From: an uncultured Clostridia bacterium
GTDB taxonomy: Bacteria; Bacillota; Clostridia; TANB77; CAG-508
Assembly: GCA_948857205.1 (NCBI GenBank)
Contig: CAQPRV010000041.1
Coordinates: 9,313-73,312 of the forward strand
DNA length: 64,000 nt
Reading direction: 5' to 3'
Part shown: piece after piece, positions 50,201 through 62,200 of the stretch
Layout: the number at the start of each line of letters is the position of its first letter
Numbering within the stretch: the first letter of the stretch is position 1
Program-made: the position numbers and the translations under genes
Notes under the pieces: model-generated
Seen by the model: only the letters and a program-made list of their open reading frames with translations
The model's database searches: none
What the model was told of the DNA's origin: nothing

Positions 50201-53200
50201 TCCAAGTATGTTTAAACAAATGCCAATAGCTACAGTAGTAATAAATAGAGCAGAACACCCAGATCAAAAAATTACAGTAGACCAAGTTAGCACATCATCA
50301 CATGTAAATGTAAAAGCTAAAGTAGTTGTAGATCCAGTTAACACATCAGACTTTTCATACAATGTAAATGTTGAAGTGCCATTACAACAAAAAACTTTTG
50401 ATATGGAATTAACAAAAGTAAGTGCAATAAATGATAAAGTATTACTAAAAGGAGCTACATTTACATTAACACAACCAGATGGAAAACATACACAACAAGT
50501 AACATCTGATGAAAACGGAAAATTATTATTCTCAGCAGATTTATATGGAGAAAATACAGAATATGCATATATACTAACAGAAAATAATGCACCAACAGGA
50601 TATCAACATGTTGGAACAGATGGAGTTATTCGTGTAACTGCTGAAGATGAAGATGTAAGAGAAGTTAGAGTTACACAAGGGGAAACATATATAGTAGATG
50701 AAAAAGTAGAAAACACTAAAAAAGTAACTGCTAAAGTAAATAATACACCAGAAGGTTCATTATATAATGTTAAACTAATTGAAAAATATGGAAATAAAAG
50801 AGTAGAAGGTTCAAAATACAATATTTTAATAGATGCAACAGTTGGTGAACAAATAAATGTAACAGATTATACAGATGCTAAAGGAACAATAGAAATAAAT
50901 CAAATTCCTGGAGAGGGAGAAATTGTAATAAAAGTTAACGAATTAGAAAATGCACCAGGATATCAATTAATTTCAGGAGAAAAAATTGCAGTTGTTGAAA
51001 AAAATGAAGGAAGTTTAAAAGTAATAAACGAAAAAACATCTGAAGATATCAATGTAAGTATCGACAAAGAAACAAAAACAATTATTATTGAACTTGTTAC
51101 AATACCAACTATACGCAAAAATAAAATTGAATTTGAAGTTGTAGACAAAAATGACGAAGACATAAAAATACAAGGTACTTCATTAAACATATTGCCACCA
51201 AAAGCAACAGAAGTTCTTTATAGAACAACAAATGGAGCAGGATATACAAGCATAGATGATCCAGCAGTTCCAGGAGAAGGAGCATTTGATTATTCAATAG
51301 CAGTAACAGAAGTACCAAGCACATATTATGACTTTATGGATGCTATAAAAGTAAAAATAGAATATGACGATGAAGGAAATATACAAGACATTTGGAAGAT
51401 AGACGAAACAGAAATAAGTGACAGTGTTTCAGTTTTATATGATGTAGATAATACAGATACAAAAACTACATATAGAGCTAAAATTATAATTAAATTAGAT
51501 GCAAAGATAAATTATAATTTAAATATAGAAGCACAAGAAAAAGACAAACCAGAGATAAAAATACAAGGAGCAAAATTTGAAATAAAATCAGTAGTTAACA
51601 ATAGCTATATTTCAACATCAACAAAGAAAACTGGAAAAGATGGAACAATAAAAACAAAACAAGCAGGAGGAGAAACTGTAGCAATTTACTTAAAAGAAAT
51701 AGAGACTGCAAAACCATATGTATTAGATAAAAGCCTTAAAAAGTTAGTGTTAAATAAAAATGGTGACACATTTGATATAAATACAGCAGAAACTACAGAA
51801 GGATTGTTAGCAGAGATCTTAGAAGATGGAACAGTAAAAATTACTATAGAAAATGAACTAAAAGGAGCAAATATAAACTTCCAATTATTAAAAGTAGATT
51901 CAGAAAATGAAGCAATAAGACTAGAAGGAGTAACATTTAAATTATTAGATAAAACTAATAATAAAGAATATGAATTAGCTACAGATGAATCTGGACAAAT
52001 ATTATTAGAAGGATTTAAAGTAACAGAGCCAGGAGAATATGACTTTGTAGTAAGTGAAATATCAACAATTGAAGGATACAATTTACCAAAATTAGAAGAA
52101 GGCGAAGAAATAAGATTCAAAATTGTTTATCAAGAAGTTGATGGAATCTTACAAGTAAAAGATATTATACAAGATGGTGGAGAAAAAGTAATTACTGGTT
52201 TATCTTATACACAAACATCAACAGATACAGAATATATATTACAATTAAAATTAATTATTAATAATACAATTGATGAAAATTATAAATATAATGTGAATGT
52301 ATTTAAAAGAGATAGTGAAGATAATTCAAAATTATTAAGTGGTGCTACAATTAGAATTAAAAATACATATGTAAGTGGACACTCTGTTTCAACAACAGTA
52401 ATAACACAAGCTAGTGGAAGTGCACACTTTACAATTCCATTAGTTCCAAATGATAATACAATTGAAATTGAAGAAATATCTGCACCATTAGGATATCAAT
52501 TAGAAAATATTATAAAGAAAATTGTATTACATAAAGATGAAACAACAGGTGAAGTAACAATTGTAAGTACTGAAAATATAAGTAGTGATGATATACATGT
52601 TACAAATGGATCTATTGATATAAATATAGACAACCAAAAGAAAGAAGTTGCAACACCAAGTTATCAACTACAAATAACAAAAGTAGATAGAGAAGATGAG
52701 ACAAAAAAACTTGCAAATGCAAAATATACTGTAAAAGTTGTGTCAGATGATGGTAACTTTAATAAACAATATGATGATATTCAAACAGCTAGAGAAGGTG
52801 GAATTGCATATTTAAATGGATTAAATGGAATGGGTGAAATAACTATTACAATTACAGAAACAAATCCACCATTAGGATATATTATAGATAAAGAACCTAA
52901 AGTAATTAAAATTTCTAGAGATGCTGAAACAAATAGTATTCAAGTGACAGAAGTATCAGGTGAACATATTAATGTTGAAGTTGAAGGAACAACAATAAGT
53001 GTTAAATTATCTGATAAAATGATTAAATTACATTCTAAGATTAATAAAACAAACAGAATTACTGGAAATAGAATACCTAATATGGAATTTACAATAGCAG
53101 AAGTAATAGGTGATTCAGTATCAGAAGAAAAACAAACAATAACAACAAATGACGAAGGAGAGATTGATTTTACTTTACTTGCAGCTAACAAAGGAGAACA

Positions 53201-56200
53201 TATATATGAATTAGAAGAAAAATCATCAGAAGAATATATAAAATTAGAAAATGTTAGAATTAAAGTTATAGTAAGTGAAGATGGATCAGTAGAAAAAGTA
53301 GAAAAATTAAATACAGAAAATACAAATGTAAATGTAAAACTAGAAGATGGAAAAATCATATTAAATGTTGCAAATATACCAGTACATTGTTATAAACAAA
53401 TAGAAATTGAAAAAGTAGATTCAGAAAATGAAACTATAAAACTATCAGGAGCAATATTTAATATAGTAGGTACAGAACATACAACAGATGAAAATGGACA
53501 TACATCAAAAACAATAGATGTTGAACATGGTACAGAAAACAAAGAATATAGCATAATAGAAACAAAATCACCAATAGGATATTTAAAACATTTAGAAGAA
53601 ATAAAATTGAATATCAAATATGATGAAAATAGAAATATAACAGGTGGAGAAATAATTAGTGGAAATGAATTTACAGAAGTAGTTTCTCATACAAATGATT
53701 CAATAAAAATAAAAATTAAAGATGATAAAGTTAAAGTAAATTCAAAGATTTATAAAACAAATTATGTAACAGGAGCAAAAATAAAAGATGTTCAATTTAC
53801 AGTAGCAGAAGTTATTGATGGAGAAGTTTCAGGAGAAAAACAAACTTTAATAACAAATGATAAAGGAGAAATTGACTTTAATATATTTACACAAGAAGTA
53901 GGAGAACATATCTTTGAAATAGAAGAAGCACAAGTAGAAAATTACGAAGCAGTAGGAAAAATAAGAATAAAAGTTGTTATTAATGAAGATGGAACACTTA
54001 AATCAGTAGAAAAAATAGATGGCGCTAAATATGTATATGTTTCAGCAGTAGATGGAAAATTAGAAATTAGAGTTCCAAACAAACCAACAGGTGGATCAGA
54101 ACCAACTGATAAATATATAGAAATAGGAACAAAAATTTATAAAACAAATTATGTAACTGGAGAAGCAATTAAAGACATCGAATTTACAATAGCAGAAGTA
54201 ATAGATGGAGAAGTATCAGAGTACAAACATAAAGTAACAACAAATGACAAAGGAGAAATTGACTTTAATATACCATCACTAGGAATAGGGGAACACATCT
54301 TTGAAATAGAGGAAAAAGATACAGAAAAATATGAAAATGTAGGAAGAATAAGAATAAAAGTAGTTGTAAACGAAGATGGAACTATAGCTTCTGTAGAAAA
54401 ACTAGAAGGAGCATACCAAGTATATGTTAAATTAGTAGACGGAAAAATAGAAATAAGAGTTCCAAATAAACCAAAAGGAGACCCAGAAAACAAATATATA
54501 GAAATAGGAACAAATATTTATAAAACTGATTATGTAACAGGAGCAAAATTAAAGAACATTGAATTTACAATAGCAGAAGTAATTGATGGTACAGTATCAG
54601 AATACAAACATAAAGTAACAACAAATGAAGAAGGAGAAATTGACTTTAATATACCAGCATTAGGAGTAGGAGAACACATCTTTGAAATAGAAGAAAAAGA
54701 AACAGAGAATTATGAAACAGTAGGAAAGATAAAAATAAAAGTAGTTGTAAATGAAGATGGAACAATTGCTTCAGTAGAAAAACTTGAAGGTGCATACCAA
54801 GTATATGCTAAATTAGTAGATGGAAGAATAGAAATAAAAGTTCCAAATAAACCAAAAGACAAACCAGAAAGTAAATATGTAGAAGTTGAAACAAAGATTT
54901 ACAAAATAGATTATGTAACAGGAGCAAAATTAAAAGACATTGAATTTACAATAGCAGAAGTAATTGATGGTACAGTATCAGAATACAAACATGAATTAAA
55001 AACAAATGAAGAAGGACAAATTGATTTTAATATACCATCATTAGGAGTAGGAGAACACATCTTTGAAATAGAAGAAAAAGAGACAGACAAATATGAAACA
55101 GTAGGAAAAATAAGAATAAAAGTAGTTGTAAATGAAGATGGAACAATAGCTTCAGTAGAAAAATTTGAAGGAAGCAAATTAGTATATGCTAAATTAGTAG
55201 ATGGAAAAATAGAAATAAAAGTTCCAAATAAACCAAAAGGTGGAGAACATGTACCAGGAGGAAGCAAATATTTTGAAATAGGAACAAAATTCTATAAAAT
55301 AGATTATGTAACAGGAGCAAAAATAAAAGACGTTCAATTTACAATAGCAGAAGTAAAAGATGGTACAGTATCAGAATACAAACATGAATTAAAAACAAAT
55401 GAAGAAGGACAAATTGATTTTAATATACCAGCAGTAGGAATAGGAGAACACATCTTTGAAATAGAAGAAAAAGAAACAGAAAATTATGAAACAGTAGGAA
55501 AAATAAGAATAAAAGTAGTTGTAAATGAAGATGGAACAATTGAATCTATAGAAAAACTAGAAGGAGCAGAACAAGTATATGCATTATTAGTGGACGGAAA
55601 GATAGAAATAAAAGTTCCAAATAAACCAAAGGGTAAACCAGAAAACAAATACGTAGAAGTAGGAACAAAAATTTATAAGATAGATTATGTAACAGGTGCA
55701 AAACTAAAAAACATCGAATTTACAATAGCAGAAGTAAAAGATGGAGAAGTATCAGAATATAAACATGAATTAAAAACAAATGAAGAAGGACAAATTGATT
55801 TTGATATACCATCATTAGGAGTAGGAGAACACATCTTTGAAATAGAAGAAAAAGAAACAGATAAATATGAAACATTAGGAAAAATAAGAATAAAAGTAAT
55901 TGTAAATGAAGATGGAACAATAGCTTCAATAGAGAAACTAGAAGGAGATGAACTAGTATATACTAAATTAGTAGACGGAAAAATAGAAATAAAAGTTTCA
56001 AATAAACCAAAGGGTGGAAAAGACATTCCAGGTGGAATCAGATACATAGAAATAGGAACTAAGATTTATAAAACTGATTATGTGACAGGTGCTAAAATAA
56101 AAGATGTTCAATTTACAATAGCAGAAGTAAAAGATGGAGAAGTATCTGAATACAAACATGAGTTAACAACAAATAAATATGGTGAAATCAACTTTGATAT

Positions 56201-59200
56201 ACCAGCAGTAGGAGTAGGAGAACACATCTTTGAAATAGAAGAAAAAGAAACAGAGAATTATGAAACAGTAGGAAAAATAAGAATAAAAGTAGTTGTAAAT
56301 GAAGATGGAATAATTACATCAATACAAAAATTAAATGGAGCAGAGCAAGTATATGTATTATTAGTAGATGGAAAAATAGAATTGAGAGTTCCAAACAAGC
56401 CAAAAGATGGACCAGGAGGAAAATATGTAGAAATAGGAACAAAAATCTATAAGACAGATTATGTAACAGGAGCAAAACTAAAAAATATCGAGTTTACAAT
56501 AGCAGAAGTAAAAGATGGAGAAGTATCAGAATATAAACATGATTTAACAACAAATGAAAAAGGAGAAATCAACTTCAATATACCATCAGTAGGAGTAGGA
56601 GAACACATCTTTGAAATAGAAGAAAAAGAAACAGACAAATATGAAACAGTAGGAAAAATAAGAATAAAAGTAGTTGTAAATGAAGATGGAACAATAGCTT
56701 CAATAGAAAAACTAGAAGGAGCAGAACTAGTATATACATTATTAGTAGATGGAAAAATAGAAATAAAAGTTCCAAATAAACCAAAAGATGGACCAGGAGG
56801 AAAATATGTAGAAATAGGAACAAAAATCTATAAGACAGATTATGTAACAGGAATAAAACTAAAAGACATTGAGTTTACAATAGCAGAAGTAAAAGATGGA
56901 GTAGTATCAGAATACAAACATGAATTAACAACAAGTGAAGAAGGAGAAATTAACTTTAATATACCAGCATTAGGGGCAGGAGAACACATCTTTGAAATAG
57001 AAGAAAAAGAAGCAGACAAGTACCATACAGTAGGAAAAATAAGGATTAAAGTAGTTGTGAATGAAGATGGAACAATTGAATCTATAGAAAAACTAGAAGG
57101 AGCAGAACAAGTATATGCATTATTAGTAGGTGGAAAAATAGAAATAAAAGTTCCAAATAAGCCAAAAGATGTACCAGGAGGAAAATATGTAGACATAAGA
57201 ACAAAAATTTACAAAACAGATTATGTAACAGGAGCAAAAATAAAGAATGTTCAATTTACAATAGCAGAAGTAAAAGATGGAGAAGTATCTGAATACAAAC
57301 ATAAAATAACAACAAATGAAGAAGGAGAAATTGACTTTGATATACCAGCAGTAGGAGCAGGAGAGCACATCTTTGAAATAGAAGAAAAAGAGACAGATAA
57401 ATATGAAACAGTAGGAAAAGTAAGAATAAAAGTAGTTGTAAATGAAGATGGAACTATACAAAGTGTAGAGAAACTAGAAGGAGCAGAGCAAGTATATGCA
57501 TTATTAGTAGATGGAAAAATAGAAATAAAAGTTCCAAATAAACCAAAAGATGGACCAGAAGGCAAATATGTAGAAGTAGGAACAAAAATCTATAAGACAG
57601 ATTATGTAACAGGAGCAAAATTAAAAGACATTGAATTTACAATAGCAGAAGTGAAAGATGGAGTAGTATCAGAATATAAACACGAAATAACAACAAATGA
57701 AGAAGGAGAAATCGACTTTAATATACCATCATTAGGAGTAGGAGAACACATCTTTGAAATAGAAGAAAAAGAGTCAGAGAGTTATGAAACAGTAGGAAAA
57801 ATAAGAATAAAAGTAATTGTAAATGAAGATGGAACAATAGCTTCAATAGAAAAACTAGAAGGAAATGAACTAGTATATGTATTATTAGTAGATGGAAAAG
57901 TTGAAATAAAAGTTCCAAATAAACCAAAAGATGGACCAAAAGGAAAATATATAGAAATAGGAACAAAAATTTATAAGACAAACTATATAACTGGTGAAAG
58001 AATTAAAAATATCGAATTTACAATAGCAGAAGTAAAAGATGGAGAAGTATCAGAATACAAACATAAAGTAACAACAAATAAAGAAGGAGAAATTGACTTC
58101 AATATACCATCATTAGGAGTAGGAGAACACATCTTTGAGATAGAGGAAAAGGAGATAAATGGCTACATACCAATTGGCAAAGTAAAAATTAAAGTTATAA
58201 TAAATGAAGATGGAACAATACAAAGTGTAGAAAAATTAGATGCAGAAACTAAAAATGTAAATGTAAAACTACAAGATGGTAAATTAGTACTTAAAGTAGA
58301 AAATATCCCAGTACATAGTTATAAAAAGATAGAACTAGAGAAAGTAGATGCAGAAAATGAAGAAATTAAATTGGGAGGAGCAGTATTTACTATTGATGGT
58401 TCAAAACATACAACAGATGAAAACGGATATACATCAAAAACAATAGATGTTGAACATGGTACAGAGAATAAAGAATACAGTATAGTTGAAACAGGAGCAC
58501 CATTAGGATATCTAAAACATTTAGAAGAAATAAAATTAAATATTAATTATGACGAAAAGAGAAATATAACAGGAGGAGAAATTACATCAGGTAATGCATT
58601 TACAGAAGTAATTTCTTATACAGAAGATACAATAAAAATAAGAGTAAAAGACAATAAAATAAAAATACAATCTAAAATTTACAAAGCAAATTATGTAACA
58701 GAAGCCAGAATAAAGGACATCGAATTTACAGTAGCAGAAGTAATTGATGGTATAGTATCAGAAGATAAGCAAGAGATAAAAACAAATGACAAAGGAGAAA
58801 TTGATTTTACAATACTTACACAAACAACAGGAGAACACATCTTTGAAATAGAAGAAAAAACAACAGAAGATTATCATCCAATAGGAAAGATAAGAATAAA
58901 AGTAATTGTAAACGAAGATGGAACAATAGAATCAGTACAACAAGTGGAAGAAAATAGAAATGTAAATGTAAAACTTGAAGAAGGAAAATTAGTATTAGAA
59001 ATTATTAATATACCAATACATACTTATAAAAAGATAGAACTAGAAAAAGTAGATGCAGAAAATGAAGAAATTAAATTAGCTGGTGCGATTTTTAACATAG
59101 CAGGAGGAGAATGTATAACAGATGAAAATGGATATACATCAAAAACAATAGATGTTTCACATGGTACAAGAAATAAAGAATACAGTATAGTTGAAACAAA

Positions 59201-62200
59201 AGCACCATTAGGATATATAAGACATCTAGGAGAAATTAAACTAAATGTTAACTATGATGAAAGAAGAAATATAACAGGAGGAGAAATTACATTAGGTGAT
59301 ACATTTGCAGAAATAATATCTTACACAAATGATACAATAAAAATAAGAGTAAAAGATAATAAAATAAAAATACATTCTAAAATCTACAAAACAAACTATG
59401 TAACAGGAGAAAAATTAAAAGACATTGAATTTACAATAGCAGAAGTAGTAGATGGAGAAGTATTAGGAGAAAAACGTGAAGTAACAACAAATGAACAAGG
59501 AGAAATTGACTTTACTCTATTTACAGAAGAAGTAGGAGAGCACATCTTTGAAATAGAAGAAAAAGAGACAGAGAATTATGAAACAGTAGGAAAAATAAGA
59601 ATAAAAGTAGTTGTAAATGAAGATGGAATAATTGAATCTATAGAAAAATTAGAAGGAGCAAAACAAGTATATGTTATATTGGTAGATGGAAAAATAGAAA
59701 TAATAATTCCAAACAAACCAAAAGGACCACTTAACAAATATTTAGAAATAGGAACAAAGATATATAAAACTAATTTTATAACAGGAGAAACAATTAAAGA
59801 CATTGAATTTACAATAGCAGAAGTAAAAGATGGAATTGCGTCAGAATACAAACACAGAGTAGTAACAAATGAAGAAGGAGAAGTTAACTTTGATATACCA
59901 TCATTAGGAGTAGGAGAACATATCTTTGAAATAGAAGAAAGAGAACGTGAAGATTATTTACCAATAGGAAAAGTAAGAATAAAAGTTATAGTAAATGAAG
60001 ATGGAATAATACAAAGTGTAGAGAAACTAAGTGAAGAAAATAACAATGTAAGAGTAAAAGTACAAGATGGACAATTAGTACTAGAAATTGCAAATATCCC
60101 AGTACATAGTTATAAAAAGATAGAATTAGAAAAAGTAGATGCAGAAGATGAAGAAATAAAATTGTCAGGAGCAATATTTAATATAGCAGGAGGAGAATGT
60201 ATAACAGATGAAGATGGATATACATCAAAAACAATAGATGTAGAGCATGGAACAGAAAATAAAGAATATAGCATAAGAGAAACAGGAGCACCACTAGGAT
60301 ATTTAAAACATCTAGAAGAAATAAAATTAAATATTAATTATGACGAAAAGAGAAATATAACAGGAGGAGAAATAACAAAGGGAAATGCATTTACAGAGGT
60401 AATATCTTACACAGAAGATACAATAAAAATAAGGGTAAAAGATAACAAGATAAAAATACCTTCTAAAATTTATAAAACAAACTATGTAACAGGAGAAAAG
60501 ATTAAAGACATCGAATTTACAATAGCAGAAGTAAAAGATGGAGAAGTATCAGATGAAAAACAAACAATAAAAACAAATGAAAAAGGTGAAATTGATTTTA
60601 CTTTACTTACAGAAACAGTAGGAGAACATATCTTTGAAATAGAAGAAAAAGAAACAGAAGAATATCATGCAATAGGAAAAATAAGAATAAAAGTAGTAGT
60701 AAAAGAAGATGGAACAATAGAATCTGTACAACAAGTAGAAGAAAATAAAAATGTAAATGTAAAAGTAGAAGATGGACAATTAGTAATAGAAATTACAAAT
60801 ATACCAATACATATTTATAAAAAGATAGAACTAGTAAAAGTAGATGCAGAAGATGAAGAAATAAAATTATCTGGAGCAATATTTAATATAGCAGGAGTGG
60901 GTTGTATAACAGATAGAGATGGATATACATCTGTAACAATAGATGTTTCACATGGTACAGAAAATAAAGAATATAGCATAATAGAAACAGGAGCACCACT
61001 AGGATATTTAAAACATTTAGGTGAAATTAAATTAAATATTAATTATGATGAAAAGAGAAATATAACAGGAGGAGAAATAACAAAAGGAAATGCATTTACA
61101 GAAGTAATATCTTATACAGATGACACAATAAAAATAAAAGTAAAAGATGACAAAATAAAAATACCTTCTAAAATTTACAAAACTAATTTCATTACAGGTA
61201 ATAAAATAAAAGATATCGAATTTACAATAGCAGAAGTAAAAGATGGAGAAGTATCAGAGGAAAAACAAACAGTAAAAACAAATGATGAAGGACAAATTGA
61301 CTTTAATATATTTGCAAATAAGATAGGAGAACATATCTTTGAAATTCAAGAAAAAGAAACTGAAGACTATATTTCTATTGGAAAGATTAGAATAAAAGTT
61401 ATAGTAAATGAAGATGGAACAATAAAATCTGTAGAACAAATAGAAGGAAATAGTAAATTTGTAGAGGTAAAATTAGAAGACGGAAAAATAGTGATAAAGG
61501 CTATAAATATACCAGTTCATAGTTATAAAAAGATAGAACTAGTAAAAGTAGATGCAGAAGATGAAGAAATAAAACTACCAGGAGCAATATTCAATATAGC
61601 AGGAGGAGAATGTATAACAGATGAAAATGGATATACATCAAAAACAATAGATGTTGAACATGGAACAGAAAATAAAGAATATAGCATAAGAGAAACAGGG
61701 GCACCACTAGGATATCTAAAACACCTAGGAGAAATAAAACTAAATATTAACTATGATGAAAAGAGAAATATAACAGGAGGAGAAATAACAAAAGGAGAGG
61801 CATTTACAGAAGTAATTTCTTATACAGAAGATACAATAAAAATAAAAGTAAAAGATGACAAAATAAAAATACGTTCTAAAATTTATAAGAAAAACTTTAT
61901 AACAGATGAAAAAATGAAAGATGTAGAGTTTACAATTGCAGAAGTTGTAGATGGCGAAGTATCTGATAAAAAACAAACAATAAAAACAAATGAAGAAGGA
62001 GAAATCGACTTTACTCTATTTACAGAAAAAGTTGGAGAGCGTATCTTTGAAATAGAAGAAAAAGAAATAGAAAATTACATCCCAATAAGAAAAATAAGAA
62101 TAAAAGTTATAGTAAATGAAGATGGAACAGTAGAATCTGTAGAGCAAATGGGTGTAACAAACAAAAATGTAAATGTTAAAGTTCAAGATGGTAAGATAGT